Below are positions 1-10,063 of a DNA stretch of 64,000 nt, piece after piece. The first letter of the stretch is position 1, and each line of letters begins with the position of its first letter. The DNA is from an uncultured virus (IMG/VR IMGVR_UViG_3300045533_000060) (taxonomy: Duplodnaviria > Heunggongvirae > Uroviricota > Caudoviricetes): the IMG/VR virus record IMGVR_UViG_3300045533_000060, one strand, 5' to 3'. Under the pieces are notes generated by a model. That model made no database searches. It saw nothing but the letters and a program-made list of their open reading frames with translations, and was not told the DNA's origin. The position numbers were made by a program, and so were the translations under genes.

Positions 1-183
1 GCATTAAATACAAACGTAGCTAGTGCATCATCTGCAGCCGCCAATATCAGCTTTAGTATTATGGGAGACGGTATTTTCAGAGTTACCGCAGCTGGTACTA
101 TAACGATACAAATAAGATCTGAGGTAAGTGGCACTGCCTCATCATTGTTGGCAAATTCTAACTTAGAGGTATGGTTAGCATGA
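1..183 (+). CDS. C-terminal fragment of a probable tail/fibre protein (5' end outside window)
   Basis: Frame 1 open from base 1 (ALNTNVASASSAAANISFS...LEVWLA) to TGA at 181-183; S/T/A-rich, beta-strand-like. Confidence 0.6.
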   Translation, partial: ALNTNVASASSAAANISFSIMGDGIFRVTAAGTITIQIRSEVSGTASSLLANSNLEVWLA

Positions 184-305
184 TTATAAATCAAGTAGAA
201 GTACAATCACCTGAGAACTTAGAGGAACTTATAGCTCACATGGACGAGGAATCTAAACAAGGACTTAGAGATCTTTACCAGTTGGAAACTAATGATTCTA
301 ACTAG
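180..305 (+). CDS. small acidic hypothetical protein (41 aa)
   Basis: ATGA overlap with upstream stop; MIINQVEVQSPENLEELIAH...; not in ORF track. Confidence 0.55.
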   Translation: MIINQVEVQSPENLEELIAHMDEESKQGLRDLYQLETNDSN

Positions 306-334
306 TTGTAATATAAAGAGAATCCTATACACAA

Positions 335-345
335 TAACAAATATA
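335..345 (+). promoter_or_regulatory. putative late promoter motif TAACAAATATA
   Basis: Same motif precedes other plus-strand units (7234, 42891, 51311, 56234, 58438, 62331, 63797). Confidence 0.7.
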
Positions 346-380
346 GATGGGGAATCTATCAAAACCATAGGGGAAACAGT

Positions 381-818
381 ATGATGGAAGAATTTGCGAA
401 ATTGCTTTCAAGAAAAGCAAAAGAACAAGGCGGTCAGAAAGATAGTAGTAAACTGAGGGCTAAGGCTTCAATGGCTAAAGAGCTTTCAGATATCTTAGGT
501 TCTGACTTAACAGACGACATGAAGCAAGGTATGAAGAAAGTAGTAGTTGCTTCTAATACCGAAGAAGGTCTAGAAAAGGGTCTTGAAAAAGCTTCTGATA
601 CGATTCGGAATAAAATGGAATCCGAAGAGGATATGGAAGAGTCGGAAGATGAGAAGTCTGAAGGCGAAGACATGGAAGAGTCAGAAGAAATGCCTATGAG
701 ACATAGAAGAGGCATGGGACATGAAATGGAAGAAGAAGACATGTCCGAAAACGAAATTGAAGATAAAATTGCAGAATTAGAACAAGAACTAGAAAAACTT
801 AAATCTAAAAAAGCATAA
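381..818 (+). CDS. acidic/coiled-coil hypothetical protein, likely virion-associated
   Basis: E/M-rich 145 aa ORF, RBS, downstream of late motif. Confidence 0.6.
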   Translation: MMEEFAKLLSRKAKEQGGQKDSSKLRAKASMAKELSDILGSDLTDDMKQGMKKVVVASNTEEGLEKGLEKASDTIRNKMESEEDMEESEDEKSEGEDMEESEEMPMRHRRGMGHEMEEEDMSENEIEDKIAELEQELEKLKSKKA

Positions 819-820
819 TA

Positions 821-1795
821 ATGAGCAGCACAGTAAAAGCAGGATTAACCACTAACGGATTGCTTAAGTCTATTAAGCGACGAGCTATGGTGCCTGATAA
901 TCAAAATACTTTTAGCGATCAAGATTTCATTGATTTTATGAATGAAGAAATGATGATTGGCTTAGTTCCTTCTATCATGCAGATGAAGGAAGAGTATTTT
1001 ATGTTCAAGCAATTGATCCCTCTTGTTACTGACAAGTCCAACTATCCTGTACCTGAAAGAGCCTTAGCTAATAAAATTAGAGAAATTTGCTATAGAGATA
1101 CAGCAAGTAAGACTGGTGGAAATGAGTATGAAATGACTCAGATAGCTATTGATGATCGGTATAGCAGTATTTCAAATGGAACAGGTTCTAGCGATTTTAG
1201 CGGCTTTAGAAGATTTTATATGATGGGTAGCGATATTGTTATTCATCCGGGCGTAGGTCCTTCCCCTTATGGTGCCCTATCCGTATATTTTTATCTAAGA
1301 CCAAATACGATCGTTAAAGAATCTCTGGTAGCTTCTGTTGTAAATATCAATAGAACTGATAATACTGTAACTATCTCTTCTCTACCTTCAGGTTATGCCT
1401 CAGATGCTAAGTATGATTTCATAAAAGCAAAGTCTCCTCATAACATCTTAGACATTGATATAACTCCTACCGCTTTAAATATCGGAAGTAAAGTTTTATC
1501 ATTTAGCTCAGAGAACCTCCCAAAAGATCTAGAAGTGGGGGATTATGTTGCTTTAGCAGGACAAACTTGTGTCCCTAATGTACCTACAGAACTTCACATG
1601 GTTTTAGCTCAAAGAGTTGCTCAGAGAGTTCTCGAAGCTTTGGGGGATACAGAGGGATTAACTAATGCTACCAATAAAATTATTGAGATGGAATCCAAGC
1701 TTACAAGCATGATGTCAAACAGAGTAGAAGGAGCACCTAGAAAGGTAGTCAATAGAGCATTGATGACTGGAGCTGCAAGAAATAGACGGGGGTAA
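821..1795 (+). CDS. probable head-tail adaptor (tail tubular protein A-like)
   Basis: Adaptor-type pattern (IKRRA..., D.DFIDFMNEEM, NYPVP, C-terminal P.ELH..LAQ) and position before nozzle-like gene. Confidence 0.55.
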   Translation: MSSTVKAGLTTNGLLKSIKRRAMVPDNQNTFSDQDFIDFMNEEMMIGLVPSIMQMKEEYFMFKQLIPLVTDKSNYPVPERALANKIREICYRDTASKTGGNEYEMTQIAIDDRYSSISNGTGSSDFSGFRRFYMMGSDIVIHPGVGPSPYGALSVYFYLRPNTIVKESLVASVVNINRTDNTVTISSLPSGYASDAKYDFIKAKSPHNILDIDITPTALNIGSKVLSFSSENLPKDLEVGDYVALAGQTCVPNVPTELHMVLAQRVAQRVLEALGDTEGLTNATNKIIEMESKLTSMMSNRVEGAPRKVVNRALMTGAARNRRG

Positions 1796-1797
1796 TC

Positions 1798-4700
1798 GTG
1801 GCAAATCAGTCGATGACATTAAAAGCAGCAGGTCTACAAACCTACTATCAATCTCTGATGGAAATTCCACCCGGAGCACTTTTAAAAGCAAATAATTCAA
1901 TTATAAATAGAGAAGGAGTTATCGAATCTAGAAGAGGCATCAAAGCCTATAATAGCGGAGATAACCTTCTACCTGCCCAAGCCAAGCAAATGTTTGAGTA
2001 TAAAGGCAGGATCTTAGCTCATCTTCAAAATAATACATTGGTATATGATAATGGCTTAGCCGTATTCTCTCCATTTTCTGGAAGTTATATTGAACCAGTA
2101 TCTGGCTACAGAATGCGATCTGCCGAATCAAAAGGTAACTTCTATTTTACAACCACTAATGGAGTTCAAAGAATCTCCGCAAAAACAGCAACAGATCTAT
2201 CATTATCAGATGCAATACAACAGTCAGGGGTCCCAAAAGGAATTGCAGGGGTCACAAGAGTAGACTATAGCACGAGTGGATTTTTAGCTAATGGTCAAAA
2301 AACAGGATATATAATTATCTGGACCTACACAGATAAACAAGGAACCTCGATGAGAGGGGCACCTTCTGCTACAATGACCGCAGAAAATAAATCTATTGTA
2401 ACAGATAGTTCTGCAGTTATTTTAGATTTTCAAATCCCAGAAGGGATAACTCAATCTAATTATTTAAGTTATAAGTTTACCATACTCAGAACAGACAATA
2501 CTACTTTAGTGGGAACTCTTGCAAACGAGTACAGGCAAATCTTCGAAAGAGTTCCAACCTTAGCTGAAGTGAATAGCAGTACAAGAAATATTGAGTACCT
2601 AGACACTATTTCAGAAGCTCTACGCATAGGGGGAGAACCTGCCTATACGAATACTGCAAATGGGTCTGGTTTACTTTCTGCAAATGAAAGACCTCCTGCA
2701 GCAAGGGATGTAGCTTTATTTAATGGTCACATGTTTTATGCCAATACTAGAACTCCACATGCCACTAATTTTAACCTGCTAACAAGCACGGGATTTTCTT
2801 CTGGCATAAGCAATTTAGTTATCAGTAATGGAACTACTACCAATGAGTATACTTTTCAAGGACAAAAACAAACAACTGAGATTTCTATAGGGCAAAGTAC
2901 TACTCTAGCAAATATTAAAGATGGAGATTATTTTACTCTAAGTTCAGCAGGTAACGAAAGAAAATATACAGTTTGGATGGATAAGACTGTAAATGGAGCA
3001 GCTAAGCAAGCGACGAATGTTACTGTCGCTGCTGTTCCGAATGGAGCAGCTAAAGAAGTAACCAGCGTTACTGTTGCAGCTATTCCAACTGGATCGTCTA
3101 GAGAAGTAACCAGCGTTACAGTTACTGCTGTTCCTACCGCAAGTTCCTATTTTGTAATAAACTCCGCCCTCGATCAGAGAAAATATGTAATTTGGTTTGA
3201 TAGAACCGGAATAGATCCACAACCTATAGTTTTAGGGACCTATGCCTACATTAGGATAGCTGCTTTAGGATCTCCTACGACTGCTACAGTCGCCTCACTT
3301 ATTAATACAGCAATCAACACTAATTTAAGCTTAGATTGTACATCAACTGTCAGTACGAATATTGTGACTATTACGAATGTTGGAGCTGGATCTACAACAG
3401 ATGCTTTTTCCTCAACCCTTCCAGCAGCAAATCTAACAGTATCAGTAACTGCGCAAGGAAGAGAGAGTTCTTACTTTGTATTAAACTCCTCCCTTAATCA
3501 AAAAAAATATGTAATTTGGTTTGATAGAACTGGAACAGACTTACAGCCGACAGTTTCTGGAACTTTTGCGTATCTTCGAATAGCTACCGGAGCAGCTCCA
3601 ACTACCGTATCAGTTGCGGGTCTTATAAATTCCGCAATAAATACGAATATAAGTACGGATTTTACTTCAACTAACACAGCTTTAACAGCAGTTGTAATTA
3701 TTACAAATACCACATTTGGAGCTACTACAGATTCTTTTCAGTCAACAATTCCCACTGCAAATTTAACAATAACTACGACAACTCAAGGAAATCCAAGTTC
3801 TTATTTTGTAATATACTCTGCCCTTAATCAAAGAAAGTATGTAGTTTGGTTCGATAAGTCAGGAATAGACTTACAACCTACAGTAGCTAATGTGTATGGG
3901 TATATTAGAGTAAACATCGGAGTAGCTCCTACGACTGCATCAGTAGCTTCTGCAGTATTTTTACAGCTATCAGTAAATGCTAGTTCAGATTTCACAGTTT
4001 CAGTGGCTTCGAATGTCGTAACAATTATAAACACTTCCTCTGGACCAGCAGATGATGCTACTCAGTCAACAATTCCCACTGCAAATTTAACAATAACTAC
4101 TACAGCTCAAGGGACAGGTCCTTTACCGGGAACAATACCTTTACGAGTATATCTAAATCCAGCAACAGTCACTACTCCAGCATTGATTACGAGTACTATA
4201 CAGTCAGCAATCCAATCTTCTCTGGGGTTTGATTTTATAACAACTTATACCACAGGTGCTACATCTTTCACGGTTAGTACCGAAAATAATGGGTTTGCGC
4301 AGACCTCCTCTACTTTTACCCCAGAAACGTCTTCAGCAGAGATTCGTACTATTACAGTAACAGCTACGCTTCCTGCCGCTAGTTCTTATTTTACTATATA
4401 CGCAGGAAATCATCGTCAATATGTTGTGTGGTTTGACAGATCAGGAGTTGATATTCAACCTCTCGTATCTGGTACTTATGCTTATATTAGAGTACTTGTA
4501 CCCATTTCGCCAGCTCCAACAAGTGCATCTATAGCTACTAATATATTTAACGCTCTAAATGTAGCACCTATAACTTCGGACTTTACTATTTCAGTTTTGG
4601 GAGCAGTGGTAACTATCACTAATACTCAATCTAATTTTGCTGCCGATTCTACTCAATCTACAAGTCCAGCGGCAAGTTTGACGATACTTACTACAGTTCA

Positions 4701-6822
4701 AGGATCTGGGTATTGGTTACTAGCAAATACCATCCAATCAGGAACAGGAGAGGATCTCCCCAATAAAAAAATTCTAATATCAGGAAAACTAGACTTAGTA
4801 GCAGCTATAGAAGACATGGCTAAATCAATTGTAAGAGCTATTAACTATAATGCTAATGAGATAGTTGTTGCATATTATGCATCCACAACCGGAACTACTC
4901 CGGGGAAAATACTTCTACAGTCTAAAAATCTACAAGATGTTAACTTTTTTGTCGGAACTTCTGATGTATTCGTCGCACCTAAGTTTTTGCCAGAATTAGG
5001 AACCATAGTACAAAATATAGCTGCAGTATCTGATTCTTTAACTTCAACCCCTGCTTTGTGTGTTATTGACACCGCTACGTCTTTCAGTTTTATTCTCGGA
5101 GATACTGTTCTAATTTATGGAGCAACTAGTACAATTACCCCCACTACCCCTTCCTTGAATGGGAAGAAGACAGTTTACCAAATACCACCTGTGTCTAATC
5201 AATATATGATACAACAAGATGTTAATACGGTAACAAATGCTGGATACACAATGACAGCAAAAATGATGAGTACAGCGGAAGCTATCGGCAATAGAGTATA
5301 CTATGCGAAGCATCAACAACCAGAAGCAGTACCTGTACTTAACTACGAAGATGTAGGTTCTAAAGATCAGGAAATTTTAAGAATTATCGCACTTCGAGAA
5401 AGTTTATATGTCTTTAAGAATGACGGAATATTTAAAATAAGCGGAGAAGGAGGACCTACTCCATTCTTCAAGGCTTCAGTTTATGATAATACAGCAATAT
5501 TAAAAGCTCCAGATACAGTAGTTACCTTAGGTAATCAGTGTTATTTTTACGGAAACCAAGGAATTGTTAGATTAGGGGATGCAAATATGGAAAGTATTTC
5601 TCGTCCTATAGAAGATAAAGTAATACCTTTTTTAAAATCAAACCCTAATTTATCTACAGCCGCTTTTGCAGTAGGATATGAATCAGATAGAGCACTGCTA
5701 CTATGGACTGTTAAGAGCAAATTAGACACAGTGGCTACCGTATGTTTACGTTATAATACTTATACTCAAACATGGACAGAATGGGAAATTCCAAAAAGAT
5801 GTGCTGTATTAAATTCCCACGAAGATACAATGTATTTTGGCTCAGCGGTAGATAATTATATCGAAGTTGAAAGAAAGAACTTTGATAGATTTGATTATGC
5901 TGATAGAGAGCTAACTGCTACAATGGGAGACGGAGCTTTAATTGGAAACTCCTTGTATTTACAAAGTACCACGTTTAGTCTACTTTCAGTGGGGGATGTG
6001 TTCTCTCAGACTCAATATGTCAGTATTCCTCAATTTAATTCCTTATTAAAAAAACTTGATTTAGATCCGGGTATACCTTCTACTGCATTTTACTCAGATG
6101 TGAAATTGGTAGTTGGAGGAGATCTTAACGCTAGAATGGTTGATCTGGTTGCAAAACTAAATACAGTAGATACTTGGAGCGGAACAGATACAAATGGTAA
6201 CACGAGTTACCAGTTCACTCCTGACTACAGTAGCTACATCAATGTTCAGACTCAATTTAATAAGATTATAGACAGACTTAACCAATCTCCTAATGCGCTA
6301 CATGATAACTATTTATATTCCACAGGAACTAAAATATACGAATGTTACATTACTGAACTAGAAACTAGTACGAAAAGAATAGGATTGAATATAGCTCCTG
6401 CATTTATGGTCGGACCTTTATCTATCTTTAAAGGTATTCCAGTTGAGATTCAGTATGCTCCGCAACATGGAGGAGATCCAGAATCGTTTAAACAATTTTC
6501 AGATGGATCTTTTCTATTTGAAAGAAGATCGTTCTATTCAGGACAAGTTGCGTATAATAGTGACATTAGCGATCACTTCGAAGAACTTTCTTTATTTCCA
6601 AATTCTTCTGGTATTTTCGGAGGAGCAACTTGGGGAGATGGTTCTACTTGGGGAGGATTAGGAGATCAAGCAAATATGCGATCTTATATCCCTCTGAAAA
6701 AACAAAGATGTAGATTTTTAGGATGTAAGTTTATACATGTTGTAGCTTTAGAAAACTTTCAACTATATGGAGTTTCACTTAGTTATAGAACTTATAGTAT
6801 CAATAACAGGGATTATAGATAA
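1798..6822 (+). CDS. tail nozzle / tubular protein B-like protein with internal repeated domains
   Basis: Propeller-like N- and C-terminal parts (RVYYAK..QPEAVP, I.ALRESLYVFK, YNT.T.TW) flanking 4-5 copies of a ~108-aa SSYF..RKYV.WFD repeat. Confidence 0.6.
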   Translation: MANQSMTLKAAGLQTYYQSLMEIPPGALLKANNSIINREGVIESRRGIKAYNSGDNLLPAQAKQMFEYKGRILAHLQNNTLVYDNGLAVFSPFSGSYIEPVSGYRMRSAESKGNFYFTTTNGVQRISAKTATDLSLSDAIQQSGVPKGIAGVTRVDYSTSGFLANGQKTGYIIIWTYTDKQGTSMRGAPSATMTAENKSIVTDSSAVILDFQIPEGITQSNYLSYKFTILRTDNTTLVGTLANEYRQIFERVPTLAEVNSSTRNIEYLDTISEALRIGGEPAYTNTANGSGLLSANERPPAARDVALFNGHMFYANTRTPHATNFNLLTSTGFSSGISNLVISNGTTTNEYTFQGQKQTTEISIGQSTTLANIKDGDYFTLSSAGNERKYTVWMDKTVNGAAKQATNVTVAAVPNGAAKEVTSVTVAAIPTGSSREVTSVTVTAVPTASSYFVINSALDQRKYVIWFDRTGIDPQPIVLGTYAYIRIAALGSPTTATVASLINTAINTNLSLDCTSTVSTNIVTITNVGAGSTTDAFSSTLPAANLTVSVTAQGRESSYFVLNSSLNQKKYVIWFDRTGTDLQPTVSGTFAYLRIATGAAPTTVSVAGLINSAINTNISTDFTSTNTALTAVVIITNTTFGATTDSFQSTIPTANLTITTTTQGNPSSYFVIYSALNQRKYVVWFDKSGIDLQPTVANVYGYIRVNIGVAPTTASVASAVFLQLSVNASSDFTVSVASNVVTIINTSSGPADDATQSTIPTANLTITTTAQGTGPLPGTIPLRVYLNPATVTTPALITSTIQSAIQSSLGFDFITTYTTGATSFTVSTENNGFAQTSSTFTPETSSAEIRTITVTATLPAASSYFTIYAGNHRQYVVWFDRSGVDIQPLVSGTYAYIRVLVPISPAPTSASIATNIFNALNVAPITSDFTISVLGAVVTITNTQSNFAADSTQSTSPAASLTILTTVQGSGYWLLANTIQSGTGEDLPNKKILISGKLDLVAAIEDMAKSIVRAINYNANEIVVAYYASTTGTTPGKILLQSKNLQDVNFFVGTSDVFVAPKFLPELGTIVQNIAAVSDSLTSTPALCVIDTATSFSFILGDTVLIYGATSTITPTTPSLNGKKTVYQIPPVSNQYMIQQDVNTVTNAGYTMTAKMMSTAEAIGNRVYYAKHQQPEAVPVLNYEDVGSKDQEILRIIALRESLYVFKNDGIFKISGEGGPTPFFKASVYDNTAILKAPDTVVTLGNQCYFYGNQGIVRLGDANMESISRPIEDKVIPFLKSNPNLSTAAFAVGYESDRALLLWTVKSKLDTVATVCLRYNTYTQTWTEWEIPKRCAVLNSHEDTMYFGSAVDNYIEVERKNFDRFDYADRELTATMGDGALIGNSLYLQSTTFSLLSVGDVFSQTQYVSIPQFNSLLKKLDLDPGIPSTAFYSDVKLVVGGDLNARMVDLVAKLNTVDTWSGTDTNGNTSYQFTPDYSSYINVQTQFNKIIDRLNQSPNALHDNYLYSTGTKIYECYITELETSTKRIGLNIAPAFMVGPLSIFKGIPVEIQYAPQHGGDPESFKQFSDGSFLFERRSFYSGQVAYNSDISDHFEELSLFPNSSGIFGGATWGDGSTWGGLGDQANMRSYIPLKKQRCRFLGCKFIHVVALENFQLYGVSLSYRTYSINNRDYR
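2992..4710 (+). repeat. intragenic repeats: 3 x 48-bp units, then ~324-bp domain repeats
   Basis: Exact DNA repeats: 18 bp at 3054/3102, 26 bp at 3181/3505, 39 bp at 3738/4062. Confidence 0.9.
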
Positions 6823-7226
6823 TGAGAGTAGACTTCGTAAGCATACGATCGACAGATTTTCCAAAAAATCAAAAAGAACTTGCTACAGCTTTTGGAGATG
6901 TTCTGAATCCTTTTATGAGTCAGGTGTCCATTGCTCTTGCTAAAAATTTAACAGTCGATGAGAACTTACCCTTTGAATTTAAAAGCATACAAGTTAAAGT
7001 AAATTCGTCCGGTATACCTGTAGGAAACTCTACAGTTAATACAGACCTTAAGAACTTTAAAGGATATGTATGCATTAATGCATCTAATGACGATGTTTCA
7101 GGTAGTTATGTAACGGCTGCTCCTTTTCTTACAACTCAAGTAGATTCTGGGATAGTTACCATAAAACATATAACTGGACTAGTCGCAGATACTACATATA
7201 CACTAGTTCTAATGGGTATTAGTTAG
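6822..7226 (+). CDS. hypothetical virion/tail protein
   Basis: TAATG coupling to nozzle-like gene; beta-rich C-terminus. Confidence 0.55.
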   Translation: MRVDFVSIRSTDFPKNQKELATAFGDVLNPFMSQVSIALAKNLTVDENLPFEFKSIQVKVNSSGIPVGNSTVNTDLKNFKGYVCINASNDDVSGSYVTAAPFLTTQVDSGIVTIKHITGLVADTTYTLVLMGIS

Positions 7227-7233
7227 TACATAA

Positions 7234-7244
7234 TAACAAATATT
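7234..7244 (+). promoter_or_regulatory. putative late promoter motif TAACAAATATT
   Basis: Recurrent motif in short intergenic gap. Confidence 0.65.
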
Positions 7245-7261
7245 TATTAGAGCGAGGATCT

Positions 7262-7585
7262 ATGAAACTATGGAAAATGTACATAAAGGAGAGAGAGGGG
7301 GCAGAAATGCTCTACGACGATCATTCCTTTGTGACTTATCAGAACATAGGAGAAGGAGAGATCCTAGTAGTAGATGTTTTCATAGAATCTGAATATAGAA
7401 AAAAGGGATTGGCAGAGAAACTGTGGAAAGAACTATTAGAGAAAGCTAAGCCTAAGATTGTATATGGGATGACAGATGTGGAAGCTCTGAACTGGGAGAC
7501 TTCTCATAAATTTATGTTGTCTTTTGGATTCACTCCGTATACTCAAGAAGGCAATACGATTTATTATTATCAGGAGATTAAATAA
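7262..7585 (+). CDS. GNAT family acetyltransferase
   Basis: Motif A-like DVFIESEYRKKGLA and C-terminal FMLSFGF; position before ejection genes. Confidence 0.75.
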   Translation: MKLWKMYIKEREGAEMLYDDHSFVTYQNIGEGEILVVDVFIESEYRKKGLAEKLWKELLEKAKPKIVYGMTDVEALNWETSHKFMLSFGFTPYTQEGNTIYYYQEIK

Positions 7586-10035
7586 TGGGTAAGGGCATAA
7601 AAATTAAAGCTCCTAGGATCACCGTAGGTAAGGACCTTGGTTTAAAAAATATAGGAAAAGCTGGTTCTGGTCTACTTAAAAATGCAGGTAAAGTTGGAAG
7701 CACTCTTGTAAAAACAATCGGCAAAGGAACTGAAGGGCTTGTAGCAAATACTGCCGATATAGGCGGAGCCATTGCGAAAGGGGACTTCAAAGGTATTGGA
7801 AAAGAAAGCTTAGAGCTGCTACAATCTGGAAAAGACATTGCTAAAGGTCTTGGAAGTGCAGCTGTTACCGCAAATACAGGACTTGTTGGAGCTGCTGGAG
7901 CTGCGACTGGAAGTAAAGATATCACCAGAGCTGCAGAGAATATTGATAGAGAAGGACAGAAGGGAATCAATAAATATGGAGATGCTGCGATAGACATCGG
8001 AGCAAATATTGCCACTGCTGGAACTTACGGACTAGCTAAGCAAGCCGCACAAGGACTATCCTCTGGAGGTCTTGGAGGTCTTGTAAGCGGTCAAGGGCTT
8101 CAGGATATGGCTCTAGGAGCAGCAGGATCGTACGCTGGTATAGATCCTAACATGCTTAAAATGGGATTGTCAGCCGCTCAAGGAGATCTCAAGGGAGCTG
8201 CTTTGCAAGGACTATCTTCGTATGGTGGAGTAGATCCTAACATGCTCAAAATGGGAGTTTCTGCGTTAACTGGAGATAAAGGTGGAATAGCTTCTGGCTT
8301 AGCCTCTCAATTTGGAGCTGGAGATTCTGCAGCCAGTATGCTAGGTGCAGTAGCTGGCGGTAAAAAGAACGATATGCTCAGTGCTCTAGGAGGTCAATTA
8401 GGCTTAGATCCTAAGATGGCTAGTATGCTAGGCGCAGTAGCTGGAGGCGACCTAAAAGGTGCCGCCCTGTCTCAATTAGCAGGTGCCACTGGACTCGATC
8501 CTAAAATGTTATCTAGTTTGTCCTCTGGTAAAATAGATCCAATGCAATTAGCCGGAGCTGCTGGATTTGACCCTAAACAGCTTTTAGGTGGAGCTGCAAG
8601 TAAACTAGGAATTAATGCAATGGCTCCTACTAATTGGGCGGACAAGTACGAAAAAGAAATTGAGCCTCAAGTAAAAAATCTACAAGAAAAAGAGCGGATT
8701 GCTATGCAGACGGTTAAGGCTGAGCAAGATAGAGTAATGGATAGAGCTAGAAGCACTACCACTGATAAATTTCTTAAAGATGCCAGTGGTAAGACTATTT
8801 ACGGAACTAATAATGCTCCAGTTTTAAATCCAAGATACGAGCAAGCAGAGGCTGATAAACTTGCCATGGATCAGCAGCAAGGTCCGGGATTTTTTGATAG
8901 TGCCCTAGAAAGTATTAAGAGTGGAGCCGGAAAAGCTTTTGATGCGATAAAAAGTGCTCCGGGAGCAATGACTGACTTTGCAAGAAATAACCCTAACTTA
9001 GTAGAAGGCGCAATCCAAGGCGCAGGTGCTTATGCAGGATATAAAGTTACAAGTGATTCGGCAAAAAAACAACAAGAAATTTTAAAAAGACAAGAAGACG
9101 AAGCTAGTCAAATTAGAGAAATGGAGAAATTTCAGTTTGATCCTAGAAGGGCGCAAGCCTACGATCAGTCTTATGGATTCCAACAAGATATTATTGGCGG
9201 AGGCGGGTATACAGGTGTAGAAAGAGCACAACAAAAAGCAGATGATTTACGAGCTGCTAAAATGCGGCAAGCTGCTAAAATGGCAGGAGAAAGAACATTA
9301 GCAGAGAAAGGACAGGGATCTACTGGATCAGGTCAAGCTTACGCCAGTATGTTAGCAGGACAACAAGAAGCTGCTGATGTAGGGACACAATTAGATTTAG
9401 CAAGAGAAAAACAAGCTGCTGAAAATTTAAGAGGGGCTTATAAAGAACTTCCACAAATGATGGAGACTAAATCTAAAGCTGAAATGGATCTAGCTCAAAG
9501 CAGGAGCACTGAAGATGTAAATAGAGCAACTCAATTAGAAGCAGTTAGAAAACAACAAACTGCAGCAGAGCAAGCTAGAGCACAAGCTATGGCAACACTA
9601 GCAGGTAAAGCCACAGATACAGTTAGTGGACTGGTTAAAACTGCTCTAAAGCCTTCAGAAGAGGCTAAGGCAGCAGTAGCTAAACAGACACAACAAACTC
9701 AACCTCCAAGTAAAACTCCTAGTACGAGTGTTAAAGCTGGAGCAGCTTCCCAAGTTGCCGGAAATAGACTTCCTGCAGAGATGGCTACGGGACAACAAGG
9801 ATCGGGTGCTGGGGTACTAGCTCCTCAATATCTACCTAATGCTGGTAACTTTAATCAACAATTATCTAAACCTAAAAGTGGAGTAGAACAGTTGCTTAGT
9901 GGAGACTTACTAAAACAAGGACAGCAGTTGATGTCTAAAGCTCCAGCTCCTGTTCAACAAACTGTAAATAAAGCGGTTGACAAAGGCAAGGAAGCTGCAA
10001 ATAAATTAGCAAGTCAGTTTGGATTTAAATTTTAA
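7585..10035 (+). CDS. probable internal virion / DNA ejection protein
   Basis: G/A-rich with repeated G.DP.ML units, then helical Q/A/E region; podovirus-like position. Confidence 0.55.
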   Translation: MGKGIKIKAPRITVGKDLGLKNIGKAGSGLLKNAGKVGSTLVKTIGKGTEGLVANTADIGGAIAKGDFKGIGKESLELLQSGKDIAKGLGSAAVTANTGLVGAAGAATGSKDITRAAENIDREGQKGINKYGDAAIDIGANIATAGTYGLAKQAAQGLSSGGLGGLVSGQGLQDMALGAAGSYAGIDPNMLKMGLSAAQGDLKGAALQGLSSYGGVDPNMLKMGVSALTGDKGGIASGLASQFGAGDSAASMLGAVAGGKKNDMLSALGGQLGLDPKMASMLGAVAGGDLKGAALSQLAGATGLDPKMLSSLSSGKIDPMQLAGAAGFDPKQLLGGAASKLGINAMAPTNWADKYEKEIEPQVKNLQEKERIAMQTVKAEQDRVMDRARSTTTDKFLKDASGKTIYGTNNAPVLNPRYEQAEADKLAMDQQQGPGFFDSALESIKSGAGKAFDAIKSAPGAMTDFARNNPNLVEGAIQGAGAYAGYKVTSDSAKKQQEILKRQEDEASQIREMEKFQFDPRRAQAYDQSYGFQQDIIGGGGYTGVERAQQKADDLRAAKMRQAAKMAGERTLAEKGQGSTGSGQAYASMLAGQQEAADVGTQLDLAREKQAAENLRGAYKELPQMMETKSKAEMDLAQSRSTEDVNRATQLEAVRKQQTAAEQARAQAMATLAGKATDTVSGLVKTALKPSEEAKAAVAKQTQQTQPPSKTPSTSVKAGAASQVAGNRLPAEMATGQQGSGAGVLAPQYLPNAGNFNQQLSKPKSGVEQLLSGDLLKQGQQLMSKAPAPVQQTVNKAVDKGKEAANKLASQFGFKF

Positions 10036-10037
10036 AA

Positions 10038-10046
10038 TGATATAAT
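10038..10046 (+). promoter_or_regulatory. possible extended -10 promoter TGATATAAT
   Basis: Consensus TGnTATAAT in the gap before 10064. Confidence 0.4.
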
Positions 10047-10063
10047 ATACAGGGAGAATAGTC

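Noticed and set aside
434..742. Ser-rich minus-strand ORF and similar antisense ORFs across the window
   Set aside because: Shadows of well-supported genes on the opposite strand; no RBS or motifs
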